Assembly: GCA_045863395.1 (NCBI GenBank) | Contig: BTVJ01000064.1 | Span: forward strand, 1-41,294 | Direction: 5' to 3' | DNA length: 41,294 bases | Source of the DNA: Myxococcales bacterium | Lineage (GTDB): Bacteria > Myxococcota_A > UBA9042 > JABWCM01 > BTVJ01 | Shown: in pieces, positions 18,895 to 29,267 of the stretch | How the letters are laid out: every line of letters starts with the position of its first letter | Position numbering within the stretch: position 1 is the first letter of the stretch | The notes under the pieces: generated by a model | The model's database searches: none | What the model was told of the DNA's origin: nothing | The model's input: the letters and a program-made list of their open reading frames with translations, nothing else | Position numbers and translations under genes: made by a program

Positions 18895-19694
18895 CGCTGC
18901 ACGCAGGGGTCAGCCAGCAGCTCCGGGCGATACTCGAAGTGCATGGTGTCGAAGTGGTACCACTTGCCGCCCCAGATGAAGCCGTGCCGCTCGAAGACCT
19001 CCACCACGTCCATGGAGATCCGGTTTCTCCACGCCAGACGCCCGTCGGGTCCGGGCTTGACCCACCCCCAGAAATCGCTGCTCGCGACGCCCACGTCGAT
19101 GGCCACCGCGTAGCTGTGCATGCTGCGGCGCTTCGTGCCCCGGATCGCGCGCCAGTTGAAGGTGCCCGCGGTCTTGGCGACGGTCGGAGCGGACGGCAGC
19201 TTCGCGACCTCGTCGGAGACCGCCTGGAGCCGCTCGTGCACCCGGTTGACCGTCGTCACCCGCACCGTCTCACCGCCAAGCCACCGGACCGGCGCCAGGG
19301 TCTTGCGCACGGCGGCCGCGCTGTCCCCGTACATCTTTGCGAAGAACGGCTCGTGCCGGATGCGCCCGGGCTCCACGTTGAGGGGCGGCGGCGGCTGCCA
19401 CGCCCCGCCGAGGGGATAGCGCTGGGCCATCTGGTCCTCCAGATCCGCCGTGTCGAGCAGCACCTCGTGGTCCGGCTTGGCGACGCCGTCGTCCCAGGCC
19501 ATGCGGGTGCCGTCGCACCACACGAGCTCGCTCGGCGTCGCGGAGCAGAGCTGCTCCGGGTAGGCGGCGAGCAGGCAGCGCAGGCCGGCGGGCAGCGCCA
19601 CATCCGCGCCGGGAGCCGTGACGGGCTGCGCCGACGCAAGGGGCGCAGCCGAGGCGAGCAGGGCGAGCGCGATGACGAGCAGGAGGGAGCGCAT
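18891..19694 (-). CDS. M15 family metallopeptidase (D,D-carboxypeptidase-like), secreted
   Basis: Signal peptide; FNWRAIRGT, SMHSYAVAID and WGGKWYHFDTMHFEYRPE motifs. Confidence 0.9.
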   Translation of the reverse strand: MRSLLLVIALALLASAAPLASAQPVTAPGADVALPAGLRCLLAAYPEQLCSATPSELVWCDGTRMAWDDGVAKPDHEVLLDTADLEDQMAQRYPLGGAWQPPPPLNVEPGRIRHEPFFAKMYGDSAAAVRKTLAPVRWLGGETVRVTTVNRVHERLQAVSDEVAKLPSAPTVAKTAGTFNWRAIRGTKRRSMHSYAVAIDVGVASSDFWGWVKPGPDGRLAWRNRISMDVVEVFERHGFIWGGKWYHFDTMHFEYRPELLADPCVQR

Positions 19695-19795
19695 GCCGCA
19701 CAGCAATGCCCGCGACCATCACCGCTGTCAACCGCGATCACCGCTCGACCACCGCCGCAGTCCGTGCGAGGATCGAGGGTGATCAGGAGGAAGTC

Positions 19796-21673
19796 ATGCG
19801 AACCCTCGTCATGCTGCTGCTGGCGCCCGCGGCTGCCCTGGCCGCTCCCATCTCCTGGGACGCGCCCGTCACGGTGTCGGGCAGCAACCCCGCCCTCGTC
19901 GCCGACCCGGACGGCGGAGTGCACGTGGTCACGTCTGGCTCCGGCGTCCGGTACGTCCGCCTCTCGCCAACAAGCGACGTTCTCGTAGACGAGGAGGTGC
20001 CCGGCGCCGGCAACGCGACGAGCGGCTTCGGCTTCGGTCCCGGGCTCGCGCTCGACGGCGCGCTCCACGTCGTGTGGGCCGTCAGCCACGGAGACTCCGT
20101 CTACTCTGCGTGGTACTCCCGCAAGGAAGGAGGCTGGACCGCGCCGCTGGAGGTCCAGGGCCCCACCCTGCGCGGCTATGCGCCGTCCGTCGCCGCCAGC
20201 GGGGTGGCCCACGTGGTGGTGAGCGCGGTGCCCGACGGCTACGAGACACCCTTCGGCGTCGCCAACTACGTGCGCATCTCAGGCGGCGCCGTCGTCGACG
20301 CGAAGACCATCGGCGAGGTGCGGGTGGACGACTTCGCGACGATCACGGCCTCGGGAGCGGTCGTCCACGCGCTGTTCGGCTACCCGAGCCCTGGCGGGTT
20401 CATCGGGCAGGCCCGATCCACCGACGGGGGTCAGGAGTTCGTCTCGGGACCCGAGCTGCAGCACGGGGAGTGCGGTGGCCGCGTGGGGCAACCCTCCCTG
20501 GTCAACCTGGGCGCGGAGGCCCACGCGGCCTATGGATGCGAGAAGGACGCGAGCGCCGGGGACGGGCCGTCCGTCCGCTACGCGCGGCTCGTGGACGGCC
20601 TCCACGTGCAGGACAGTCGGGTGACCCCGCCGGGCGCCCAGCAACCGTGGCACCTGACCCTGGGCATCGGGCGGGTCGCCGTCGCCGGGCAGACGCGCGT
20701 CGTGGCATGGGCCACCCGCGACGAGGACGCAGACGTCTCCGTGCAGGTGTCCGAGGACGGCGCCGTCTGGAGCGCCCCCGACCTGGTGGACCAGGGCTGT
20801 GGTGGGGCCGAGGGGCGCAACGCCATCGCGCTTGCCGCGGGCGGGGGCTCCGTGTGGCTCGCGTGCCCCTCCAAGAACACACGGCTCCACCGGGGGACCC
20901 TCACACAGACCCCAGCGCCTGCGTGTGACCCGCCCATCCGCGCCATCTCGCTCTTCCCCGAAGCCGCCACGGGCAGCGGCGCCACCTTCGAGGCCACCTA
21001 CGAGCACTGCGAGGGAGGGGGAGCCTTCCGCATCGTCCAGCTCCGCGTCGCAGACGTCGTCGCGGCGGATGTGCCTGCCGTGGATGTGTCCTACGAAGAC
21101 GGGATGCTGCACCTCGGCGACCAGAGCTGTCCCCCCGGCCAGGGCGCCCTGTCCACGCCCCTTGCGACGCTCGACTGCGCCGCCTCGACTGTGCTTGCCG
21201 ACGGGCTGCGCCTGACCCTCCGCGCGGCGATCACCTTCGACCCATCCTTCGCCGGGACCCACGGCGTGTTCTTCGACGCGAAAGGGGGAAGCGGCACGCC
21301 GGAGCCGCGCCTCAACTGGACCCCCATGGGCACCTTCACAGTGGTCACCGCCGACCCCGGCGGAGACGCCGGCCCGGCACCCGGCCCGGACGCGGTCGCC
21401 CCAGAGCCGGACACTGCTGCCGCCCAGGACGCGCGCTCCACGACGGGACCTGGCGACGTGGAGCCGGGCGGAGACGTCGCGGGCGCACCTGGTGCGCCCC
21501 CCGGCGGCGCGCAGGGTGCCTCGGGCGGGGGGTTCGTTGCTCAAGGGCCACCGCCGAAGACCGTGGAGACGACAGCCGAGGGCTGTGGGGCGCCGGCCCC
21601 TCTGTCCTGGTGGGCACCGGGCGTCCTGGTGGTCCTCCTCCGGCGCCGCGGACGCGCGGGCGGCGACGGCTGA
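19796..21673 (+). CDS. Secreted/surface protein with propeller-like N-terminal region and MYXO-CTERM-like tail
   Basis: AGGAGG then ATG 19796; signal peptide; BNR-like ARSTDGG motif; P/A/G/D linker; C-terminal GC, hydrophobic stretch and RRR. Confidence 0.7.
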   Translation: MRTLVMLLLAPAAALAAPISWDAPVTVSGSNPALVADPDGGVHVVTSGSGVRYVRLSPTSDVLVDEEVPGAGNATSGFGFGPGLALDGALHVVWAVSHGDSVYSAWYSRKEGGWTAPLEVQGPTLRGYAPSVAASGVAHVVVSAVPDGYETPFGVANYVRISGGAVVDAKTIGEVRVDDFATITASGAVVHALFGYPSPGGFIGQARSTDGGQEFVSGPELQHGECGGRVGQPSLVNLGAEAHAAYGCEKDASAGDGPSVRYARLVDGLHVQDSRVTPPGAQQPWHLTLGIGRVAVAGQTRVVAWATRDEDADVSVQVSEDGAVWSAPDLVDQGCGGAEGRNAIALAAGGGSVWLACPSKNTRLHRGTLTQTPAPACDPPIRAISLFPEAATGSGATFEATYEHCEGGGAFRIVQLRVADVVAADVPAVDVSYEDGMLHLGDQSCPPGQGALSTPLATLDCAASTVLADGLRLTLRAAITFDPSFAGTHGVFFDAKGGSGTPEPRLNWTPMGTFTVVTADPGGDAGPAPGPDAVAPEPDTAAAQDARSTTGPGDVEPGGDVAGAPGAPPGGAQGASGGGFVAQGPPPKTVETTAEGCGAPAPLSWWAPGVLVVLLRRRGRAGGDG

Positions 21674-21794
21674 CGCCTGCGCAGGAGTCCTTGCCTGCGC
21701 TTGCTCCCGACCGCGCGCCTCGCTACTCTCGACGCGCACCACGGAAAGCCCCGCCGCCGGACGCCAGAGGGTGGCGGGCTCGCGAGAGTGACCC

Positions 21795-22730
21795 ATGCTT
21801 CGATACCGCGCCGACCTCCGCACCCTGGCCTTCGTGGCCACCTACTTCGTGCTCTTCGCCGTGGGGTGGGTCGTCGACCCGCCGCTCTGGGCGCTGATCC
21901 CGTTCCTGGTCGTGCTGTGCAGCTTCGCGTGGTTCTGCGCCGTGATCACCCACAACGTGATCCACCTGCCCGTGTTCCGCAGCGCCGCGCTGAACAAGGT
22001 CTTCCAGGTGGTCCTGACCATGACCTACGGCCACCCCGTGAGCGCCTTCGTCCCCGGCCACAACCTGAGCCATCACAAGTACACGCAGACCGCCCGCGAC
22101 GTGATGCGCACGACCAAGGTGCGCTACCGCTGGAACCTCCTGAACGGGGCGCTCTTCTTCTTCACCGTCGGCGGCTCCATCATGAAGGGGGACATCAGCT
22201 TCGGCACGGCCATGCGCAAGCACCGCCCCAAGTGGTTCCGCCAGTTCCTGCTGGAGTCCGGGGTCTTCATCGCGGTGTCCGTCGCGCTGCTTGTCCTCGA
22301 CTGGCGGAAGTTCCTGCTCTACTGGTACCTGCCCCACTTCTGGGCCGCCTGGGGCATCGTGACCATCAACTTCCTGCAGCACGACGGGGCGGAGCCTGAC
22401 CACCCCTACAACCACTCCCGCAACTTCACGGGCCGCTTCTTCGGCTGGTGGACCTTCAACAACGGCTTCCACGCCGCCCACCACATCGAGGCCGGGCGCC
22501 ACTGGAGCCTGCTCCGTAAGATGCACGAGGAGGAGGTCGCGCCCCACATCGACCCGCGGCTGTGCGAGCCGTCCATCGCCGCCTACATCTGGAGAACGTT
22601 CATCTGGCCGGCGAAGCGCGTGCGCTACGACGGCGCGCCCGTGGTGCTGCCTCCCCCCGAGCCCGACGAGAGCTGGATCCCCGCCCGCGCCGAGACCCCG
22701 TCCGACGTGTCGCTGGGGGCCGTGGCCTGA
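21795..22730 (+). CDS. Membrane fatty acid desaturase
   Basis: Three His boxes (HNVIH, HNLSHH, HAAHH) plus QH and TM segments. Confidence 0.9.
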   Translation: MLRYRADLRTLAFVATYFVLFAVGWVVDPPLWALIPFLVVLCSFAWFCAVITHNVIHLPVFRSAALNKVFQVVLTMTYGHPVSAFVPGHNLSHHKYTQTARDVMRTTKVRYRWNLLNGALFFFTVGGSIMKGDISFGTAMRKHRPKWFRQFLLESGVFIAVSVALLVLDWRKFLLYWYLPHFWAAWGIVTINFLQHDGAEPDHPYNHSRNFTGRFFGWWTFNNGFHAAHHIEAGRHWSLLRKMHEEEVAPHIDPRLCEPSIAAYIWRTFIWPAKRVRYDGAPVVLPPPEPDESWIPARAETPSDVSLGAVA

Positions 22731-22731
22731 C

Positions 22732-24225
22732 TCAGATGCTGACGCGCAGGTTGATGCCGAGGTCGATGAGCTGCGGGTTCAGCTTGACCCCGGGGAAGGA
22801 CAGCACCCCGGGGATCTCCACGGCCGGGATGTCCACGCCGAAGCGCAGCTCGCCCCCCTTGGTGCCGTAGTGGCCGGCCACGTAGGTCTGGATGTCGAGC
22901 CAGGTCAGGACGCGGGCTGTCACGTCGAGCCGTGACAGGAAGGACAGGTCGCTCAGGTTGCCCAGCGTCGAGAACGTGACGCTGCCGTCGTCCCAGGCGC
23001 CCGGCGACGGAAACAGAAGATAGAGCGCCGCGTACCACTCCCCGAGATAGAAGGGCTGAAAGCCTCCTTCACCCAAGGCGCTCTGGTAGAGGAGCCACGG
23101 GTAGAGGTCCTTGCCGTCGTAGCCTCGCTGGTTCCAGAAGGCCTCGGCCCCCACGTAGAGCACGTCTTCATCCGAGTAGTTGACGCCATAGTTGAGGCCC
23201 CAGGCCACCTGGACCGCCACGTCGTCCCCCACGTCCTGCTCCGTCGGGAGGGTGAAGGTGGCGAGATTGAAGTCTCCCTCCCACGCCTTGCCGTCGATTC
23301 CGAAGGAGACTCCGACCTCCCCGTACAGGTCGACGTCCCCGATGCCCGCGGAGAAGTCGAAGCCCACCCGGGGTTTGCGCCCCTTCTGGTAGACCGCCGA
23401 GAGGGACAGCTCCGCCGACTCGATGACGAACTCCGCTCGCCCCGCCACGCCGAGCTTGTCGAGGCCGTTCGCCTCGTCCAGCATTCCCACCACGTAGAAG
23501 TTCCAGCCGAGGGACTCCACGGGGACGTGTACCTTCGCCAGCGTCACACCCGTGCGCTCGTCGTAGAAGGCCAGCGGATCGCGCCGCGCCGCGTTGACCA
23601 CGTCCACCGGGGTCCACAGGCGCGCCGTCCCCCACCGGATGGGCTGCTTGCCGAGCGTCATGAAGACCGCCCGGGCGATGTCGAACTTGAGCCAGAGCTG
23701 GTCGAGCAGCACGTCGGGGTTGTCGCCTGGGGCCTGGCCGAACGCGCCCGTGGCGTCGGGATCGACCGTGGGGTCGTACTTGAGTCTGCCGCGCACGTAG
23801 GCCCGCACCCGATCTCCCGGTCGGGCGTCGAAGTAGATGTCCACCAGGTTCGGCATGGACAGCGTGTTATCCTCGATGTCGTTCCCTTCGAGGATGGAGT
23901 ATGTGGTGCGCAGGTAGACGAAGCCCCCGATGGCGAGGGTGTCCTCGATGATCTCCAGGCCGGTGATGTCTGACTGGCCGAGGACGTCGTCGTCGCGAGA
24001 GGGTGGACGAGGGGGAGACTCGGGCGCCGAGTCTGGTGCGGGGGCAACTTCGGGCGCGTCGCCCGGCTCCTCGCCGAAGATGGAGTCCTCGTCCCGATCG
24101 AGGGGCGTGCTGGGGGGAGGCTCCGCCGGACTCTCCCCGAAGATGGCGTCCTCGTCGCGGACCGGCTCGTCCGCCCGGGCGGTGGCGCTCGCGGCGAGGA
24201 CGGCGAGGACGAGCCAGCCCCTCAT
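22732..24225 (-). CDS. Putative outer-membrane beta-barrel protein
   Basis: Signal peptide MRGWLVLAVLAASATARA, acidic linker, LGKQPIRWG motif and amphipathic beta-strands. ATGA overlap with the upstream gene. Confidence 0.7.
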   Translation of the reverse strand: MRGWLVLAVLAASATARADEPVRDEDAIFGESPAEPPPSTPLDRDEDSIFGEEPGDAPEVAPAPDSAPESPPRPPSRDDDVLGQSDITGLEIIEDTLAIGGFVYLRTTYSILEGNDIEDNTLSMPNLVDIYFDARPGDRVRAYVRGRLKYDPTVDPDATGAFGQAPGDNPDVLLDQLWLKFDIARAVFMTLGKQPIRWGTARLWTPVDVVNAARRDPLAFYDERTGVTLAKVHVPVESLGWNFYVVGMLDEANGLDKLGVAGRAEFVIESAELSLSAVYQKGRKPRVGFDFSAGIGDVDLYGEVGVSFGIDGKAWEGDFNLATFTLPTEQDVGDDVAVQVAWGLNYGVNYSDEDVLYVGAEAFWNQRGYDGKDLYPWLLYQSALGEGGFQPFYLGEWYAALYLLFPSPGAWDDGSVTFSTLGNLSDLSFLSRLDVTARVLTWLDIQTYVAGHYGTKGGELRFGVDIPAVEIPGVLSFPGVKLNPQLIDLGINLRVSI

Positions 24226-24992
24226 CGGCTCTTGCTCTCCAGCCACGCCTTCGTGAACATATTGGCGTCCAGGGACCGCAGATCCACGGACTTGATGACG
24301 ACCATGGTCTGGTTGCCCTTCTCCACCTCGTCGTAGAAGCGCATCTCCAGCGGGTACCAGACGTCGGCGCCCTTGGACTCGCTGAACACCTTCTGCCACT
24401 TGGGGAAGTAGGCCGTGCGCATCAGCTTGCCGGACAGGGCGAAGTCCTGCTGCTTCAGCACGTTGCCGGACGCCTTGTCCACCCACAGGTGCAGGATGGG
24501 GTAGGCGACGTCCTCGCCCTCCTTGGCGTTGAGCACCAGCTTCCACGCCTCGAACTTGCCGAGCTTCTCTTCGCCGCCGAACGTGGGGGTGAACTCCTCG
24601 GCGAGGCGCGACTCGTCGAAGTCCGCGCGCCGCGAGTCGCTGCCGGCGATTCGCTCCCGCTCCGTCCGGCGCTCCCACTTGCCGACGGTCGGGTCGTACA
24701 TCCACAGGTTCTTGTCGATGCGGAGATACCCCTTCCCTTGCTCCGCCTTGGGCTTGAGGAAGAGGATCATCAGCTTGTCGTCGGCGTCCCGGCGGTAGAC
24801 GACCGCCTCGTAGACGACGTCCTCCTTGTCCTTCTCCTTGGCCTGGATATACGCCAGGGACTTGTAGTCTCCGCCGTTTCGCTGGCGGTCGTCGATGGTC
24901 TGGAGCACCTTCAGCATCTCCGCGTCGCCGAGGGCCCAGGCGAGCGAGGGGAGCAACGTGAGCGCGAGGGTCAGGAGCATGGCACGGCGCAT
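24222..24992 (-). CDS. Outer membrane lipoprotein-sorting protein (LolA-like)
   Basis: Signal peptide; FLKPKAEQGKGYL, NLWMYDP, IAGSD and LWVDK motifs; lies in an operon with FtsX permeases. Confidence 0.8.
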   Translation of the reverse strand: MRRAMLLTLALTLLPSLAWALGDAEMLKVLQTIDDRQRNGGDYKSLAYIQAKEKDKEDVVYEAVVYRRDADDKLMILFLKPKAEQGKGYLRIDKNLWMYDPTVGKWERRTERERIAGSDSRRADFDESRLAEEFTPTFGGEEKLGKFEAWKLVLNAKEGEDVAYPILHLWVDKASGNVLKQQDFALSGKLMRTAYFPKWQKVFSESKGADVWYPLEMRFYDEVEKGNQTMVVIKSVDLRSLDANMFTKAWLESKSR

Positions 24993-25011
24993 GGGGTCCT
25001 CCGAATTGGAA

Positions 25012-26355
25012 TCAGCCGACGTGGTGCATGGCGCTCACCGGGCGCAGCTTCATGGCGCGCCAGGCCGGGTACAGCGCGCTGAGCGTGGTCAGGACCGTGA
25101 TGATCAGGATGGCCCGAATCACGGCATACGCCTCCACCTCCAGCCAGAGCGTATCGGACATGGTGAAGATCTGGAACGCCTCGATGGGCACGGACACCCC
25201 AGACGTGTTGATCGCCCAGGCGACGAGCGCGCCACCCAGGGCGCCGGTCACGGTGCTGAGAAATCCCAGGGCCCCCGCCTCCATGAGGAACATCCACAGG
25301 ACGCGCCCCTTCTGCATACCGATGGCGCGCATGGTGCCGATCTCCCGGGTGCGCTCCCGGATTGCGATCCAGAGGGTGTTCATGATGCCGACCATGATCA
25401 GCCCCATCAGGATGGCGACCAGCAGGACGGTCAGGGTGTCGAGCGCGTCGATGGTCCAGCTCATGAACGAGATCTCGTCGCGCCAGTTGGTGATGTCGAT
25501 CTTCTGCCCGGTCCAGTCCTCCCGGCGCACGATGTCGAACTTCATCCAGAAGGGCTGCGCCAGGTGCTCCATGAGCAGGTATCCCTCATCGGCGAGCACC
25601 TTGCGCAGGTGGTCCTCCACGGCGGGGATGTCCTTCGGGTCTTTGAGATAGATCTGGATGGCGCCGGTGGTGTCCTCGTTCATGCGGTAGATGTCGCGCA
25701 CCACCTGCTGGGGCACGAACACGCTCCACGCCGACATGAAGCCCACGTTCTGCGCGACGGCGCCGACGGTCACGTCCACCGTGTTGTTGACACCGCGCCA
25801 GGTGGGGGCGCTGAGCGTCACCTTGTCTCCCACGTCCACCTCCAGGCGCTTGGCCTGGTCCACGAAGAGCAGGATGGTGTTCGGCTGGGCCAGCGAGGCG
25901 AAGTCTCCGAGGATCTTCGGCTCGCCTCCTTCCTTGTAGGCGCGCTGCTCCGCGAGCTTGAGTACGACGGTGAGCCCCTTCTCCTGCGCGATGTCGACCC
26001 CATTGACGCCTGCCTGGAACGAGCCCGTGTCGCTGATCACCTTGGCCCACCCGCGGCCCCGGTCGATCACGTAGTCGAGCCCGGGAGTCTCCCGCTCGAC
26101 GATGGCGCGCACCTTCTTGTAGTCGGTGACCAGGGGCGCGGGATTGTTGTCGGTGACCTTGTAGAACCCCGCGACGTTGACGTGGCCGCTGGAGAGCGTC
26201 GTCGCCGCCTCCAGCATGGTCGACTGGATGCCCGTCGAGAGCCCCAGCAGAATCACGAGGAGCGCCGTCACCGCCGCGATGGCAGACCCGAGGAAGATGT
26301 TTCGCCGCCTGTGCTGGAGCAGGCTTCGGAGCGCGATGAGCAGGAGCTGTCCCAT
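25012..26355 (-). CDS. ABC transporter permease, FtsX/LolCE-like
   Basis: RERTREIGTMRAIG and YPAWRAMKLRPVSAM motifs. Confidence 0.9.
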   Translation of the reverse strand: MGQLLLIALRSLLQHRRRNIFLGSAIAAVTALLVILLGLSTGIQSTMLEAATTLSSGHVNVAGFYKVTDNNPAPLVTDYKKVRAIVERETPGLDYVIDRGRGWAKVISDTGSFQAGVNGVDIAQEKGLTVVLKLAEQRAYKEGGEPKILGDFASLAQPNTILLFVDQAKRLEVDVGDKVTLSAPTWRGVNNTVDVTVGAVAQNVGFMSAWSVFVPQQVVRDIYRMNEDTTGAIQIYLKDPKDIPAVEDHLRKVLADEGYLLMEHLAQPFWMKFDIVRREDWTGQKIDITNWRDEISFMSWTIDALDTLTVLLVAILMGLIMVGIMNTLWIAIRERTREIGTMRAIGMQKGRVLWMFLMEAGALGFLSTVTGALGGALVAWAINTSGVSVPIEAFQIFTMSDTLWLEVEAYAVIRAILIITVLTTLSALYPAWRAMKLRPVSAMHHVG

Positions 26356-26361
26356 GGCGGG

Positions 26362-28464
26362 TCACTCGTCCTTCTGCATCGCCTCGAGCGGGGTGATCCG
26401 CGTCGCGACGAAGGCGGGGTAGAAGGTGGAAAGAGCCGAGACCACGAACATGACGCCGAAGGCGATAATCAGGTGGAGCGGCGCGAGGAAGGGGTGGAGC
26501 CGCGGCCCGCCGAACAGGAAGCGCATGATGTCGCTGGTCGCCGGGATGCCGGCGCTCCCCATGGCCAGGACGATGCCGCTCCCGACCGCAATCCCGAGCA
26601 GCCCGAAGATGGTGCCCTGCACGCCCGACTCGACGAGGAAGCTCCACATGACGAAGCCGCGCTGAGCCCCGATGGCGCGCATGGTGCCGATCTCACGCAC
26701 GCGCTCCATGGTGGCCATGACCATGGAGTTGTTGATGATCACCAGCGCCACGGCGAAGATGATGAAGATGGCCACGTAGAGCACGATGCGGATCACGGTG
26801 ATGAACTGGCCGATCAGGCCCGCCGCTGTCTGCCAATCGACCACCTTGAGATTCAAGCCCTTCTCGTCGCTGACCCGCCGAATCTCGGCCATGGTCTCCT
26901 GGATCTTGGATGGGTCCTTGAGGATGACGGCGGCGTTGATCGCGATGCCGTGCTCGATCTCGGCGGTCGAGTAGGTGCGGGCGAGCAGCTCGTCCGTGAA
27001 GTTTCGCCGCTCGCTCAGGTCCACGTCGGCAAACTCGTCGAAGCCCGTGGTCGCCACCTCCTCGGTCAGGGAGTCTCCCCCGAAGAGAGCGTCCTCCGCA
27101 TTCTCCCGCGTGACCTCGGCCGCCCCGACGCCCTGCTTGATCGCCGCGATCTCCGCCGCGTCCGCCTCGGTGCGATACCCGTACAGGTCGCGAAACGTCA
27201 TGAGATCGATGAGGTTGTGGCTGCCGGCGAGATCCGAGTCCTCCAGGCTCTTGAACTGGAAGGTCCCGTAGACCTTGACGTTGACCGACTTCATGTACCC
27301 GGACTTGGTGAACGCCGTGATGGTCATCACCTCGCCCATGGGGATCCGGTAGAGCGTGATGTGCGGCGCCACCGCGTCGTAGAAGACCTTGTAGCGCGCG
27401 TCGAAGGTGGAGTCGTCCATGTCCAGGAAGGCCTGCACCAGGGGGATGAGGTCGTCTCCGGCGGGAGCCCCGGAGCCGAGGCTCTCCCGGAGCGCCGCGA
27501 CGACCTCCGCCGTCTTCAGCGGGTCGATCTGGTAGACGATTTCCTTGTACTGGCTCACGTTGCGCTTGACCATCTGCTGAAGCTCCGAATCCTCGGCGAT
27601 GGTCTTTCCGTCCCGATCCCGGGCCTTCTTGATGGAGTCGAGTCGGCGCGCCGTTCGGTGCTTCACCCACTGCTCGTAGATGTGGTCGCTGAAGAGGAAC
27701 CCGCGCTTTCCCGGTGGTACGGCCGTCCCCTTCACGATCTCGAAGCGGTCGAAGTTGCGGGCGAAGGAGTCGAGATCCGTCCCGATGTACCGGAGCCACA
27801 CCATGTCCGAGTCGATGGCGAGGGGTCCGACCTGGTTCTCCAGATACTCGAGCGCAGAGAGCGGATCCTGGCGAAACTCCTCCCAGAAGGCATCGCTGGC
27901 GGCCCGGGAGACGGCGTCCACCTCCTCCTGCTTGATCACCTCGGTGCGCGCCACGTCCTTCAGGCGCACGAAGTCCGCCTGCATGAGCGTGACGATCTGC
28001 CGCACGACGCGCCCGTGCGCCTCGATGGCCTCCGGATCTCCGCTGCGCACAGCGGCCCGGAGCTGCCGCAGGCGCTCCTCGATGGCGCTCCCGAGGAACA
28101 CGATGGAGCCGTTGAGGCCCATGGGCACGATGGACTCGATGTTCTCGATGCCGGACAGCCCCTCCTTCACCGCGGTGAAGTCCGGCAGGGTCCCGATGTC
28201 TCCCTCGCCCATGAGCATGTCGCCGAACAGGGCCAGCTCGTCCTTGGCGTCCTTGGAGTAGACCTGGATGTGCCCGGCGAGGCTCCCCACGATGCTCTGG
28301 GACATGGACGAGTTGACCGAGTCCAGGAGCGAGTTCCCCACCACCACCAGCGCAGTCCCGAAGAGGATGATCGCGCCGACGATCAGCGTCTTCGCCTTGT
28401 GCGCCAGGAGGTTACGGAGCCCGATGCGGACCAGGATGCCGGCGGGCAGCCCGAAGATCCTCAT
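26362..28464 (-). CDS. ABC transporter permease, FtsX/LolCE-like, with large periplasmic domain
   Basis: ERVREIGTMRAIG and YPAFVATRITPLEAM motifs; 700 aa. Confidence 0.9.
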   Translation of the reverse strand: MRIFGLPAGILVRIGLRNLLAHKAKTLIVGAIILFGTALVVVGNSLLDSVNSSMSQSIVGSLAGHIQVYSKDAKDELALFGDMLMGEGDIGTLPDFTAVKEGLSGIENIESIVPMGLNGSIVFLGSAIEERLRQLRAAVRSGDPEAIEAHGRVVRQIVTLMQADFVRLKDVARTEVIKQEEVDAVSRAASDAFWEEFRQDPLSALEYLENQVGPLAIDSDMVWLRYIGTDLDSFARNFDRFEIVKGTAVPPGKRGFLFSDHIYEQWVKHRTARRLDSIKKARDRDGKTIAEDSELQQMVKRNVSQYKEIVYQIDPLKTAEVVAALRESLGSGAPAGDDLIPLVQAFLDMDDSTFDARYKVFYDAVAPHITLYRIPMGEVMTITAFTKSGYMKSVNVKVYGTFQFKSLEDSDLAGSHNLIDLMTFRDLYGYRTEADAAEIAAIKQGVGAAEVTRENAEDALFGGDSLTEEVATTGFDEFADVDLSERRNFTDELLARTYSTAEIEHGIAINAAVILKDPSKIQETMAEIRRVSDEKGLNLKVVDWQTAAGLIGQFITVIRIVLYVAIFIIFAVALVIINNSMVMATMERVREIGTMRAIGAQRGFVMWSFLVESGVQGTIFGLLGIAVGSGIVLAMGSAGIPATSDIMRFLFGGPRLHPFLAPLHLIIAFGVMFVVSALSTFYPAFVATRITPLEAMQKDE

Positions 28465-29183
28465 CGCGCCACCCCCACGTAGGACGGCATGGCCCCGAGC
28501 GTGGCGTTGGCGTCGAGGATGTTCCCGTCCTCCAGCAGGATGATGCGGTTGGCGTGGGACCAGACCTTCGGATCGTGGGTAGAGAAGATGAACGTGGTCT
28601 TGTCGGCCGCATTGATCTCGCGCATCAGGTCGATGATCGCGTTGCCGGTGCCCGAGTCCAGGTTCGCCGTCGGCTCGTCGGCCAGCACGATGGCGGGGCT
28701 CGTCACCAGCGCCCGCGCGATGGCCACGCGCTGCCGCTGGCCGCCGGACAGCTCGTTGGGGCGGTGCTTCTCGTAGGCGTTCAGCCCCACCTTGTCGAGG
28801 AAGTAGCGCACCTTGTCGCGCCGCTGGGAGGAGGTGGTGCGCCCCTGGAGCAGCAGCGGGAACTCCACGTTCTGAAACACGTTCAGCACGTTGACCAGGT
28901 TGAAGGTCTGGAAGATGAACCCGAGCTTGTCGAGGCGGAGCCGCGTGAGCTGCCGCTCGCTCAGCGTGGCGGTGTCCTGCCCGTCGACGGCGACGACGCC
29001 GCTGGTCGCGGTGTCCACGCAGCCGACCAGGTTGAGGAGCGTGGTCTTGCCCGAGCCCGAGGGCCCCGCGATGCTGACGAACTCGCCCCGCTGGATGGCG
29101 ACGGACACCTCCCGCAGCGCGGGCACCACCACCTTGCCCAGGGTGTAGTTCTTGACGACCTTGTTCAGCTCGACGATGGCCAT
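28461..29183 (-). CDS. ABC transporter ATP-binding protein (LolD/MacB-like)
   Basis: GPSGSGKT, LSGGQRQRVAIARAL and LADEPTANLD motifs. Confidence 0.95.
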   Translation of the reverse strand: MAIVELNKVVKNYTLGKVVVPALREVSVAIQRGEFVSIAGPSGSGKTTLLNLVGCVDTATSGVVAVDGQDTATLSERQLTRLRLDKLGFIFQTFNLVNVLNVFQNVEFPLLLQGRTTSSQRRDKVRYFLDKVGLNAYEKHRPNELSGGQRQRVAIARALVTSPAIVLADEPTANLDSGTGNAIIDLMREINAADKTTFIFSTHDPKVWSHANRIILLEDGNILDANATLGAMPSYVGVAR

Positions 29184-29267
29184 GGGGTGCTCCTCGGTGA
29201 GGCGCCGCGGTGCTCGGGCGGGGTAACGGAGCGGGCGGGGGACGGATTCCCTCGTCGAGGGCGGAAG

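Noticed and set aside
24895..28482. 1195-aa plus-strand ORF and similar long ORFs (e.g. 3537..6680, 8665..10503, 14564..16477, 34513..36360)
   Set aside because: They are antisense shadows of well-supported genes, typical of high-GC DNA, and carry no recognisable motifs.
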